Origin: Ylistrum balloti
Lineage: Eukaryota
DNA: 64,000 nucleotides
Assembly: GCF_031769215.1 (NCBI RefSeq)
Contig: NW_026782036.1
Location: 62,001-126,000, forward strand
Reading direction: 5' to 3'
Positions 50,901 through 64,000 of the stretch are shown in pieces. The stretch's first letter is position 1. Each line of letters opens with the position of its first letter. Made by a program: the position numbers and the translations under genes. The notes under the pieces are model-generated. The model was given only the letters and a program-made list of their open reading frames with translations. It did no database searches and was not told the origin of the DNA.

Positions 50901-53900
50901 AAACATGTCAATAACGCATGTCCAAACATTTGATGAATAATATAAAAAAAATAAGCCATGTTATGAAGAATGCCAAGCGTTATTAAGTTTAAAGTCCTCG
51001 GATTCTTTGAGTATAGCGAAATTCATATGACGCATCGTAATACAACACATGATGCTGTCCAGACCAAAGGTTCATAAACATGTCTGTGTACATAGCAAAG
51101 ACTTACCTCCCAGCTACAGCATCATGGGGACGAGACTATCGACTCTGATAGTTATTCGGGAAGATATCAATCTTCCAATACACAGACATTCTATTGTGTT
51201 GACAGATAGAAAGAGCTGGAGAAAAAGGCCTTTGTCGTATGCTATTTATCAGTAAAGGTGATTGATACCGATATTATCTGTTGCATTGTAGTGACCAGAC
51301 GATACTTCCCATGAGAATATACCAGATCGTTGTAGAAGGCTTTCGCCAACAGGTACCTTTAGCGACAATCCGTACAGACGTGTCGTCATCAGCCTTACAT
51401 ATCGTATCTATGAATTACAAGATGTACAGCTGTGTCCAGTATTGGTCATTGTTACAATCTTCATACATTACATGCTGTCTGGGACAAAGTCGATTTGTCA
51501 TATTTTTTAACATAAGGCAATATAATTGCTATTGCCTAAGGTAACATTCCAACTAAAGATATTAAAATAACAAAAATAAATTACCGACATGTAGACAGAA
51601 TCTGAATTCGAACTCACACAGCAGGAAGTAGGAGAATACAATCTGGTGTTTCAGAACGGTAAAAAGCGCCTTATTTTTCATCGATGACAGCATATAGTGC
51701 AACGATAGTGTACCATTATGACGACAAAATGAAACGGAATGCAACGTTCATTATCTCAACCATTATCATTTATCTAGCAAGGAGTATCGCAAACTGTATA
51801 ATTACCTTGGAATTACGTCTGTTACATCACCGATTAATTTTCTTTCGAGTCTGTATAAAGAGCGTATCTAGTATCCAGTTCGATGCCATTTGTCCGATAT
51901 TTGCATCAAAGTTACCTTGTGATAATGACAGAGTAACCTTATCCATATCGTAATCGACAAAACAATTCTATAGTTGTAAGTTGCAATCACAATGTGTCGA
52001 ACTGCAGTATTGAATGAAAGATACATTGAACATAAAATATCTATTTAAACATGCATATATTTCAAGAAATGTGTCTGTGTTTCATGCATAAAACAATCAA
52101 AATATGTTTTCACTTCCAGTAAAAGCTTATATTTCATAATTCTTTTGTTACACCTATATGTCGTTTATCCAAAAGACAGCGGCAGAATGGTGATAAAAGC
52201 AGCATAAAAACGACAATTTAGGCCAATAACTCAAACAGGAATTTTATCAATTTCTCACATGGTAACAAAATCTACTTCCTGATTAAAATCTAATATCGAT
52301 ATAAAAATGAGGGCAAAATACAAATTTTTTCAAGGAAAAATAACTAGGTAATTCGGACCAAGATATTTTAAGGAATCACGATTGGTCTGCTCAGTTACCA
52401 CCAGTATTGTTTACCCTTCCAATTGTTACAGAGGTAAAACGGAAATGATACGATGAATGACATAAATGTGACGAATATTTACTTATGGGGATGATTTACT
52501 TGATGTTTATTCTTCTGGGTGGTGGAGCAGTTTGTTTGTTCAGAAAAATTCTCCACCTCAGGAGAAATAGGACGCTTTGTAACTTGATATATTTGCTTAT
52601 TTGAGACTGTCGTTAGATTGGTGTCGTGTTTCTGGTGATGTAGTGCAAAGTGACAAAATAACATGACATTGTATACAACCAAATACATGCTAAACAACAT
52701 CTAAGTGTACCAGGTGTGTATACCACTATTTATCAAGTGGTCCATTCACAACAAGCCACTTTGGTCTTCATCTCTATAATGACATTATTTCCTTGATTAC
52801 ACTCCACAAAATAATGCTCGATGTTCAGAGGATTTTGAATTTTTTGTGGGGAGAGGGGTGTGTGTGTGTTTTTATTATTTTTTTTTTTTACTTATATCAA
52901 TTCAATCATAAAGCATCTATCAGAATCATCTGTTTCTATTGTGTGCTCAAAATATATTTCACTGATATCTAGAAGGACCATTATTGTTTACTCTGATGTT
53001 AACAACTTGGACCCTTAGCATCGCTAATAAGTCCTCGGATGAAACAGCTGTCCTGTCTGATGAAGATCAATTCATTATTTGTTTCTACGGTATCTATTTA
53101 TATTGAAAATTTTTCTTCAGTTGTATATCTTTTTGTTCTGTTATCTAGTTACAACTGTATCATTATACGAGGGACTTATATATAATCTACATTTCTTTCT
53201 GTCTATACATCGTTTGTAATTTCTCACTTGGCAACGCTTCACATTGCACCTCTCGGTTGTGGTTGTGTTTTGTTTAAGTCTGTATCTACTGTTGTGTCAA
53301 CTTTATTTTTCCTAGTGTATATCGACCTTGTTTGATCTATCAGTTAAAGTTGCGCCTGTCTAAGTACTCATACGTCTAAAAGTATGTACATGTACATAAA
53401 GTTCCAAATAGAAATAAGTAGAATATTCACTTGCCCCGATGCAAACATCACAATATTCTTCTCTAGTTCTAATTGGTAAGATTAATGAATCAGTTCCCTC
53501 TATGATCAAAGACATCTTCCTCCTCACAGGTCAGACAGACGCGGTTATTATTTGATAGATGTAGTATCAGTCACACTAGGTGTAACGCCATGTCTACTCT
53601 GTTCTTGGGGAAAACAACAACCCCTTCATCACATCAACATTGACTTTGCCTGCTTTTGATTACGTACAATGTAAAGAGAAAAAATCCGAAGCGGTTACAG
53701 ACAAGTGCCATTTGGAACAGAAAATCAGTCTTAGACAGAGAGTAACAGGAAAATACAAATGATAGTTATTATAAGAAGAAATCCCCTTTTAAAGGAACAA
53801 AGGAACATGGAGCTCTTCGGTTTTTTTTTTGTTTTTAGGAAATACATGAATAACATGAGAAACTTCAAAGGTGTACGCGGGAATCACATTACATTCTTAC

Positions 53901-54121
53901 CTTATACCTGATGTTAACATGGTCAGTTCATGTGGACCAAATGAACAAAAGGGCCAAAAAACAATTTACATTTTTACTAGTATTGGCATACATCCGAACG
54001 GCATGACTCCAGTGATCAGTTTGCGAATTGTAAAATTAATTGTCCTTTCATTTATACTGTATGGGAATGAATAAGGGGAGGACCATATTAATCATCAGAA
54101 ACTGAACTACCTACAAGGAGA

Positions 54122-54326
54122 NNNNNNNNNNNNNNNNNNNNNNNNNNNNNNNNNNNNNNNNNNNNNNNNNNNNNNNNNNNNNNNNNNNNNNNNNNNNNNN
54201 NNNNNNNNNNNNNNNNNNNNNNNNNNNNNNNNNNNNNNNNNNNNNNNNNNNNNNNNNNNNNNNNNNNNNNNNNNNNNNNNNNNNNNNNNNNNNNNNNNNN
54301 NNNNNNNNNNNNNNNNNNNNNNNNNN
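54122..54326. other. Assembly gap (205 N)
   Basis: Run of N. Confidence 1.
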
Positions 54327-54965
54327 GAAATGACAACAAGAACTCTTGGGCTGCAAAATGTGCGAAGTTTGCATTTGAGAAATTCGGTTTCATCTTCAAC
54401 ATACAGTTCAAGTAAATACGTTACTAAACAATAGTACTTCAGTTACTGACACTATGATTGTGAAATAACACCGGTCCAAATCCTTTGTGGGTACTGCACT
54501 GTAAATATCCAAACCAGACCTGGACAATTGTAGAGTTGGTAAATCATTACTTTGACAGATTCTTTGATTTGTAAATTGTGCCGTGGTACTACTAGCAACA
54601 ATACGAAACATATTCTTATACAGTTTCCAGATTTTTTGAACACGTTCGTTGGAAGAAAATTATTATTTCCCCGGCGGGAATAGATGAATTAAAATAGAAG
54701 CGATTAATGGGAAAACTGTATAGGAATTGAATGTTGTGTAAAGCACATGCTGTTTGGGGTTGATTGCAATCATGCAAAATGACATTAGGTTACTAGGCTG
54801 GCATTTCTAGTGACATAAGTCAAGCTGTAAATAATCAGCAGCCTTTATATTAATCTTTATAACATCTATTGAAATGTACTAAGTGCTCTATTACTAACAC
54901 GAGATGATTAATTATAACGCTTCATTTTTGTATGACATGCCATATTTCTATAGACAGAAAATAAA

Positions 54966-55672
54966 CAGGGCTGCGGAAAGGGGGGGGGGGGGCTAGGGGG
55001 GGGGCTAATAATTTTGTCAAAATAAAAATAAAAATGCAATTTCCACAGATGATATTTAATATTCAATGATAATTAAGTTTAAGCAGGTCGATTTTCATCA
55101 TAGCATATACACTGTACTTGACCTTATCGAACAAAGAAACTATGCGAAATCAGTCTTCTGATGTGAACCTTCTCGCGGTTTTCATTGTTTACAAATTCAT
55201 TTGCTTCATCAACTGAATTAATAAATGCAGTCGCCTCTTTGTGGACATGAAGTAGCATGGCGTTGTTCAGACGTTGTGTCATTGTCGATCGCAGATAGGT
55301 TTTGATTCTGCGCAATGCTGATGCTGACCGTTCACGCATAGCATTGCTTGCTGGTATCAAAAGTAAACAATTTCGGAAATCTTATCATGCCTAGTAATGA
55401 TTTGTAATTTACATTTACTTTTGTCATCATCACAATTTGAGCAATATTACAAAAAACGTGGTTGAAAACTAAGTTTTATGCGTGTTTTAGCTTTTAAATT
55501 TGCAAGCAAATAATGCTTGACTCCACCAGCTTAAGGGGGCATTGCCCTCGACCCAATGGGAGGAGGGGGGGCTTAAGGCGGCCACCAGATCCCCTGCTTT
55601 AATTTTGTATGTCAGCTCCCCTCCCCCACCCCCCACCCCACCCCCAATGTCAAATTACCTCCGCCGGGCCTG
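54966..55672 (-). mobile_element. Internally deleted, non-autonomous hAT DNA transposon (707 bp)
   Basis: Imperfect terminal inverted repeats: CAGGGCTGCGGA at the left end and CAGGCCCGGCGGA as the reverse complement of the right end. G/C-run subterminal regions enclose a hAT transposase C-terminal fragment. ATAAA flanks both ends directly. Confidence 0.7.
55124..55385 (-). pseudogene. hAT-family C-terminal dimerisation-domain fragment (ZMYM1-like transposase group)
   Basis: IPASNAMRERSASALRRIKTYLRSTMTQRLNNAMLLHVHKE...ANEFVNNENR matches the hAT dimerisation consensus PAxxAxAERSFSALRRxKTYLRSTMxQxRLNNLMLLHVHK. No ATG start and no catalytic domain. Confidence 0.88.
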
Positions 55673-55689
55673 ATAAAGCAACTGTTTAT

Positions 55690-55718
55690 CTGCCTGCCTG
55701 CCTGTCTGTCTGTCTGTC
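55690..55718. repeat. Short compound microsatellite (CTGC)3(CTGT)4
   Basis: Read directly. Confidence 0.85.
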
Positions 55719-58700
55719 GATGATAATTTTGGCGGAATTAAAAACTTACACACAGATGGTTCCGCTTTTTACAATGCATATTATGCTTGCGGTCAAATAT
55801 CAGCCTAGGTGTAAGCGAGTGTAAGGAACGACAACACTGCCTGAGACTGGAAACATGTGCCCTATATTTACCGACCAACCCTGCATCATCTGTGGTAATC
55901 GCCTTATACTAACCACTAACGATCTCACGCAGAAAGAGAAATAGAGGCATAGACCAGGTCTTCTAACTAAAATCTACATTAACATCAAACATTGATTTAG
56001 AAAAAAGAAGCAATGCTTATCTCAAAAGGAGAAATAATTCAAAACTAGAAACGTGATTTGTCTAACGCATTTATAAATATGGATGAAAGTCGATATTGAT
56101 TTATATATATCGATTAAACATATGACGTGGGCATTTGGTAAAGAATACCAGTATTCATACTTGCACACATGAATAACAACAATAAAATGAAATGTATATG
56201 AATGATTTTCATTCCCAATGATTTGATTGTGGTCCTGACTATCTGTTTCAATCAGGCGCGTTTCAAACCTCCATTACGAGAATCATTTGTGCAGTGGTTT
56301 GTCACTCCGTGACTAGCTGCTGAGTCTGGGATAATTCACAGATGACGTAATATTACGACAATTCTATTACTCATGCGTCATATTATATCATTTTACATTT
56401 GTTTTTATACTACAATACAGTCATGTCTAATTACCGGTAACTCCGTAAAACTGCAAATATATTACTAACAGTATTGTTATCTTAAACAGCATCTTTGTTA
56501 ATAGTCAAATTATTAAATCTTTTGACATTTTAATCAAAGAAATCGTGTCTATCTTGTATGGGTGTTAATGATATGTGTCTTCAAATAGAATACATGCTTG
56601 TCTAATTACGTTCATGCAAATAATATGATTTACATTTGGTTATTTTGTATGAAGCTAGCCAATCGCTATTAATCTTGGTAGAGAAAATGTCAGCTACAGA
56701 CACATAGTTCCCCTTTGAACTCCTCTGTATAACTAGAATCTTTTCTCCTAATGGTAAATCTAAAGTACTGGCCGAGAGAAACAGCGGAAATATATTGAGA
56801 TCTATAGCCAATATTGACTTGTTGTTCAGCGGGGTGTTACCTTTGATTTTAAACGATGAAGGGCGTCAAGTGTAAATATTCCGTCATGTTAATATCGATT
56901 TAATGACAAATCATTCTAAGTACGAAATCATTAATTCATCGACTTCAATGGCGACTGTTTGTGAAATTCTTGCATGCAGGTCTGATTAATTAAAAGTTAA
57001 ATTAGTCCTGTTGTAAATATTGTTTCCCATGGTCTTATGCACAATATCTTGCTCCAATGCCAAAAATAATTTTATCCTTTAAATTCATCTTTTTTAATTG
57101 CCCCCTATTCTATCATAAAACTCCAGCATGACACATTTTAAAAGATATTGTGAAAGCAAAAGGCAATTTCAGAAAAATAATGATCTACTTTAAGTCGTAT
57201 AAACCACCTTCTTCAATCATTAAAATTTGAAAAGTAGGAATGATTTTGATTGCATACCGACATCTTAGTTTGAAATTTCTAAAAAGTAAAGACATATTAA
57301 AATGAGAATATTGTTTCATAACCAGTCCTTGATTATAACTGCTCTCTTAAGGCATTTTAATCCAATTTTATGAGACTAGTTTGAATTATGTTACTAGCTA
57401 TATGATTACACTACTTATGGTCGAAAATAGCTCACAAATATTAATTACTTTGTTGTTACGAACGTTTCTGGATTTTAGGCAAGAGTAACTGTTTAAGGGT
57501 TTTGTATGTACATAAAATGGTTCCGTTTGAATATATATCTGCTTGTCTATGTATAGGAGGTGAGTGAATGTGTTCATTGTGGACGTCTTAGCCTCCTCAC
57601 GATAGTATGGAACTGATACCAAATTTATAGTGCTGTCACACTGACGTATACAGCTGTACAACCTCAAAAGGACACTTCGACAGCCACGTCCATGATACCG
57701 AAAGCTAAGCAGAGAGTAGTAACTATCGTCTTTATAGACTCTAGTATGTCTCCGCCAGAGGAGATAAACACAGGCCCTCCTCATATAATCAAACACTAGA
57801 CTTGAGGGTTATAATTAGCGCAGTGGCAAAGGGGATATTATTAAAAACAATCGTTATTTAGGAAGAAAAGATACGATTCCAAATTGAGTTGTCTCTGACT
57901 GTCCTGCTCATACCTTCCATCCTTCTGGTTCATACCCAAGGGAATATCAATCAACAAATTTTATCCGCACATTTATTAAGCCATGGTTACTATCATACCA
58001 TTTTGAATGGTTTACACGTCATTGTTGGCGTTTGCAAATAAAGTTAAAATGAAAATGTTAATTGTTTTTATATATTTCATCTACAAACATTATTGTTAAA
58101 TGTCATGAGAAATATTTAAAATTCAAGACATGGGAGTGTATTTAGCTTACAAGGCTTTAAATAAAACTTAAATCCACAAATACATGGTTGCTACGATTTC
58201 ATAACTACTACTTTGCATCGCAAGTTTGTTTAAGTCCTCTGCAGTCAATCGACAAAATCCTACCTGCCGTTTAACGCAGATAAACGACTTTGTTTTGGGA
58301 TATAGCTGGCTTACATCGACCAGAAACGGTGAAGAACCATCTTTATTTATTTGCAATAGTTTTCATACCGATTTAATACCTGGTAATTCAGAAACGTGAC
58401 AAAAAATATCTCCGGTTATATCGTTGAACGGTCATACTAGATTACTCTGTTAACAAGACACAGGCTGAACTGACGTCTGAATCAATATTGATGAAGTGGC
58501 TGCAATTGAGAACAGTTTAAATAAACACAAAAACTCTTCTTCAAATACAATGATTTTCGATTTTTGACGTAGACATATCGGTCTGGACCGGTTAGATATA
58601 AAGGTAGGAGAATAAAGCCTATTTAGTTATCAATATTGTACACACACGTCTAATACTTGCAGCTTTGCCCATAATACTGTGTATACATAAATATTTAGAA

Positions 58701-60609
58701 TGACAGGTTTTCCACATATGCAGCACAATTTTATTTTTTAATAGTTACAAAATCCTATCAAATGACACATTGCTTTTTCATGACAGAAGTCAAGGACTGA
58801 TGATAAAAATTATTTACAAGTACCGGATATCGAGAGATACCCGTATATGGCCATGTAATGTACATCAGACTATGCAGATAGAATACACGTATCAATGAAC
58901 CGTAACAATACTCATTTCACTGAAGAGTTTTGTCCTCACGCGGGTTCGACTAGACACTATAAGCATAAAATTATGTCCTTCTTGTTGTCATAGCAATGCC
59001 GTCTCAAGCTTAGCAATGTGTTTCCATACCGTCCGAGGGCACAAATGCAACGTGCTCCAGGGGTATAACGTGTCGGTGACCCAAGCAAGATATTGATTGA
59101 CTTTGGAATCTGGACAAATCACAGCCACAATCGCAATCGGACTATGCAGCTAAAATGTTCATCTCAGTTCTTTCTGTGTCAACATTGTAACACTTTGAAC
59201 TAGATTTATATCAACTTTTATTACAAGGCGAGAGAAAATTTATGGCTTGTAACAACTCCAGGTCATATTTTATTTTCTTTATGTAATTATGTGTACATAT
59301 TTCTTTTGCCTAGTATACCATCGATCCATCCCTTTTGACTTATAGTTTACGTGCTTCTTTTGTTTCCATATACTTCGTTACATCATATTCTATGACTTGG
59401 TGAAGAATGCCCAGATTTAAAACTTTTAAAGACGAAAATAAATATGTTGCAAATGGAGGTATTGTTACACAATTAGTTTTCAGGAATAGGATTTATCCCT
59501 CATTATATCGTATGACATTAGTTAAATTGATAAGCACCCTACAATTACTAATCTTGTTAAAGCAAACTTTTATGACATTTGTAATTAAGTGTATTAAAAC
59601 AGACTCTAAATAGTTGGTTGTGTTGTTCACACTTTCAAATATCAATAAAAACATCTTTGTACAAAAGTAGAACAGATAAAAATGATGTTTAGTCTTGATT
59701 TGAGATCATACTTGTAGCGATGACATTTTCCATAAAAACAAATAACAGATTTCATTTGTACAACACTTATTCTTCTGTGATAGCGTAATCATTCGTAAAT
59801 AATGCAGGTAATTCATTATCTATAGTTCTTATTTAAAAAAAAAACCATAAGACATTTAGAAATTAATTGATTTTCATAGCATTTACTGATCAAAGGATGT
59901 ATAACCTGAATGAGAGACCGTCGAACAATACCAAGGTGTGTGTTCATCAAGGGTTTATCATTGTTGATTTCTAAACATGCTTGTACGTATGTTTGTCATT
60001 CGATTGTCATTACATCACCATAATCTGGGCTGCCCAATTAGGATCCAAAAATACTATGGACATTACAGAGACAGGCATAAACTTAATATACCTAGCTTGC
60101 CTAAAATAAAAGATCTACACAACCATGTTTTATTTACTTTGAGTAACCAATTAAGTGTGAAGATCGCAGTAATACAAAATGATAAATGTGCGTGATTGCC
60201 TCCAGTTGGACGAGAATATCGAGACATCCTCCTCTGTAAAATCGCCTGTCTAGCCTAAGTCGTCCTTAAATGATACATCAGATTCAAACATGACTTGTTA
60301 CCGTATTTTTAGTACGTATATTCAATTAGCAGACGAGCAAAACATCCTGTAGTTTACTTTGTTGCAGGAGTGAATTTCGAAACAATCAATTAACTACTAC
60401 GCCAGCAAGACAATCGTTTATAAGAATATTATAAGGGAATGCCAAGGACGTAATAGGGAAAAGACTGCTTTACCGCTTTCTATTTGAAATGATCAAGTAG
60501 ATTTTCTACAGATCTACTTTCCCTACTATTTTTTCCTTATTTTTAACTCTTAATTATAAAATATATTTACTAAATATTATGTAAAGCTATTGGCTATTCT
60601 TTACCTTGA

Positions 60610-60745
60610 ATTATCCCTTTGATTTTTCAGAAAGTTTGTTTCCACTTGATAACTGAACAGCTTGTACCTCGTGTGTTCGAACCTTATTTAGACCACCTAT
60701 GCTGAGGTTCGGCTACAAAAGGTTTATGATAAATTCAAAAGTCGA
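60610..60745 (+). pseudogene. Possible relic of a Penelope-like RT C-terminal region
   Basis: Fragments in the expected order: FDFSESLFPLDN (cf. FxFxIVNFPFLDxN), EQLV.RV (cf. SQLIRxARVCS), LRFGY...DKFKSRY (cf. LLxQGY...KFxxRY). Very divergent. Confidence 0.22.
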
Positions 60746-63479
60746 TACAATAGGGCAGGAATGTTCCCTTGAAGCATGTTCTTTCGTAGGTTTAATATCC
60801 GATAGACCAGGAATTAATGCCAAAGCTATAACAGTATATGTGATGTTACCAACATAATATATATTTGGAAAATATCTACTTAATCTTGAAGCTTGTTAGT
60901 TTATGTTTAACCCTATTTCTTTTTTGACAACGTGACATTACTTACTTGCATTTACCTGATTTAAAGGATTCAGTCATTTATGGAACAAAAGAATGTCGAG
61001 AATAATATCAAACTTAATAAAGAATTAATGGCATGATTTTGTTACAATGTAACTGTTGTCACATTTAGAATCACGTTTTAAAATAAGCGACATAAATGTG
61101 GTAGATATCATAAACTAAAGTGAAATTACAAAATGTGTTGTATTATATGACAAACATGTATTTTGTATCAGTAATAACGATGTTATAACAATACTAAACA
61201 ACCGTTGCAGCCTTTTTGAACGGGTATATGTTAGGTATGCCAGTAGTATACAATAAGTAGGATTAGCCACAATATAAAAGTCGATAACAATGAAGGGCGG
61301 TATAAATTGTAGGATGAATTTGTCATATATCGTTATGTCATTGCTGTCGGAGTTGGTCGGACTAAACTACTTTATTAGAGGCAGATCGTTATATATATAT
61401 CTAAATGATGAAAATATCATTCCTATTGCGGAACAACTGTGGGCATTGGTTAGGTACTAGAGTTTGTCATACTTTTCAAACCTCGTCAATGTTTACAATG
61501 TGTTTTATGAGTCAGTTCGTTGTAGCGTTCAGTGATACTTGAATCCCTCTCCGATTCATGCTGGAGACAATTTATAAACAACTAATGTCGAGAGTAATTT
61601 ATATGTAAATCAATCAGAAACACATTACTTTATTTTGTGCTGCGAACATAAAACAAATGACAATATTAATCCGCTTTATTATTTCATACAATCTGTCGCG
61701 TTTCAAGTATTAACACATTCTGAACGAAAATGTCATAATATGCATGCAGACGGAAATTGTAGCTGCAATACTATTGATCCAAAATTAATTACACTATTTT
61801 ATGTCATATTAACTGTATGACTCGAGAGAAAATTATTGATATAATTAAACTAACAAATGCTCTGATTGGCTAGCAATGACATATGTGTCTAGCAATCAAA
61901 GCACTCGTGGGCGTGCGATTTATCTCATATTACAACCAGAAAATGAAATCAATCATACTTCAAAATAAGTTAGACTCATTTTATTTTCCCTTCAGAGAGA
62001 GAAGTCAGTCACAGCGCGAATCGAAAAGTTCAGCTTATCGTTTCTATTTCGGCACAAGCTTTCGAATATGTCATGTTTCTTTATTTGCTCTAGGCAAATA
62101 AGATATTGTACACACAAAATAACAGATGATCATCTAAAGTCAAATTCGTCAAAATATATGTTAAAAGCCAGATTTGGAGTTGCATTAAATCCATTACTCA
62201 ATAAATTTAGATAGTTTAAATATTGAAGAATTTCAAAAGAGCGAGTAAATGTGAACCAAGCAACCGCTTATATGCAAATTACGGGGACTAAAGTCTACGG
62301 GCACATTGGCAATATCAATACTATCTTTCCTTACACAATTTCAGTTTAAGGGACGCGGTGACACCAAATAAAATCAAGTTTCTTTTTCTGGTTACAAGTT
62401 CAGTAATATGTTAACATTGAATTGTAATGCTGAATAGAATTAGAGGGTAATTAGATACACAAGTGCAACTGTCGAAATGAAGTGATGAAGCTACTAGTTA
62501 ATATGAAAAATCAATTCACTTGTAACTAGTATTTCTTTCTGAAGGTTGGAATGTTCTGATAACTTTGATTAATTTTTACGTGATGTATAATTGATTTTGA
62601 TACATAAATCTAAAACATAAAAGTTCTTTTTGAACAAAAAAGGAAGCAGTCTTGTTTCTTGGCATCCAAATTCCTTGTCAGCATTAAATGCAGTTGATAT
62701 TACCATTCCTGTGCATGGTGATTTTCTTCTGAGAACCCGTAGATTTTACCCATTGATCAAATCACCACAACAGAAAAATTATGTGACTTTTCACTTCTCA
62801 TGCAAATAAACACAAATGAACGTGCTTAATGCTGTAAAAGTATCACTTAACAATGCTCATTTTTCACTGATTAAGTCACGAAAGTGCTTTAGATTATCAG
62901 GACCACATATTTAATGTCAGCTTAATGACCAAACTCTTAGAATCAAAGCTTTAGGGTTTTTTTTTCAGTTTTAACTTTAAAAATGATGACGTATGTGCAT
63001 ACTGGTCACAAGATCTTTCGTTTGCATTAACTACCACATCTGCCAATTGGAGGTAGCCTTGCGACGAACAAGACAAGACTTTCTCTAATGAAGATACACG
63101 TATGTGATTCCTTTGTATCATTCATCTCCATTGCCTGCCATATATCTGCATGCTTGTCGCTGCCATTTCCAAACAAAATGCATCTTCATTCTGAGCTGGA
63201 CTGATAAATCACCACACGGGCTTTTGTAAGAAAAGTACATCTATATAGTTCCCTTGACTGTCTATGATGTTAAAAGATCTCGACAATTACAATAGCTATC
63301 AAGAACATACCGATTTCAGAACCAGCCAGACTTAGTTTAAACATAAATAATTTGTCAGAATCTCTTAATCAGAAAAAGAAACTGTTTTGATAATTTTGTT
63401 TTCAAGGTTTCTATAAAATCGATTCGGGGTAAGATACCTTAAAAACAACAGATTGCAGCGAGGGCACATAAAAGAACAC

Positions 63480-63770
63480 GCCACAGAAAACACCCAAACA
63501 ATCGGAACAAAAGTCATCATATTACAGCAAATCATACACCAATACTTCGGGACGCAAAGTTCACATATCACAGCAAATCATACACCAATAATTCAGAACG
63601 AAAATGTAACTCTCCACAGCAAATCATACACCAATACTTCGGAACGCAAATGTAACTCTCCACAGCAAATCATACACCAATAATTCAGAACGAAAATGTA
63701 ACTCTCCACAGCAAATCATACACCAATACTTCAGAACGAAAATGTAACTCTCCACAGTAAATCATATACC
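63480..63770. repeat. Tandem minisatellite, 46-bp unit (CCACAGCAAATCATACACCAATA(A/C)TTC(A/G)GAACG(A/C)AAATGTAACTCT), 6 copies plus a degenerate first copy
   Basis: ACAG(C/T)AAA at 63524, 63570, 63616, 63662, 63708 and 63754. Confidence 0.95.
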
Positions 63771-64000
63771 AGGAAATCGGGGAAAAGTCAAATGAAATCC
63801 AGCAGTGTACACACATTAATTTATCTAAGCGAAAAATTATTACTCAATTAGTATACACATACGAACAAAACGAGGGAAAAATCATTACACCATAGCGTAA
63901 AAACATGAAAGAATAAAGCGAAACGAAAAATAAACATCCGACGACAATGTACATAAACAAACAAAACGGAACTAACACGCACTATGTGCAACAACAACAA

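Noticed and set aside
11762-52301. Five TATCGATA (DRE-like) sites
   Set aside because: Two come from one duplication, and the count is close to chance for this base composition.
53030-53070. GAAACAGCTGTC (palindromic stem III typical of Penelope minimal hammerheads) next to CTGATGA
   Set aside because: The core elements are in the wrong order for type I, and there is no stem I/II or suitably placed GAAA for type III. At most a decayed remnant.
57812-57885. A-box-like TAGCGCAGTGG with a weak downstream B-box-like GATACGATTCC
   Set aside because: No cloverleaf, an AT-rich interior and a poor B box, so it is not supportable as tRNA or SINE.

Overview
This is AT-rich eukaryotic DNA, not prokaryotic. 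It has one long ORF, splice signals, many minisatellites, decayed transposons and a 205-N assembly gap. The receptor type and repeat landscape suggest an invertebrate, probably a mollusc, but that is inference. The only well-supported gene is an intronless-CDS class A (rhodopsin-like) peptide-receptor GPCR on the + strand at 43197-44432 (411 aa). A strong splice acceptor lies 9 nt before its ATG, so it has a 5'-UTR intron and its promoter and first exon lie somewhere upstream. The rest is non-coding: about ten tandem arrays (units 22-60 bp, several with higher-order structure), an internally deleted hAT transposon keeping only its dimerisation domain, a palindromic MITE, faint LINE and Penelope-like relics, and candidate cis-regulatory motifs (ETS-CRE, CTCF-like, CRE/CCAAT, NRF1/E-box/YY1). 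Almost all other ORFs in the track are repeat-derived or chance ORFs with TTG/GTG starts. I found no CRISPR array, rRNA, intact tRNA, intact ribozyme or anything I can defend as a new biological system. All motif and family calls were made by eye, without database searches.
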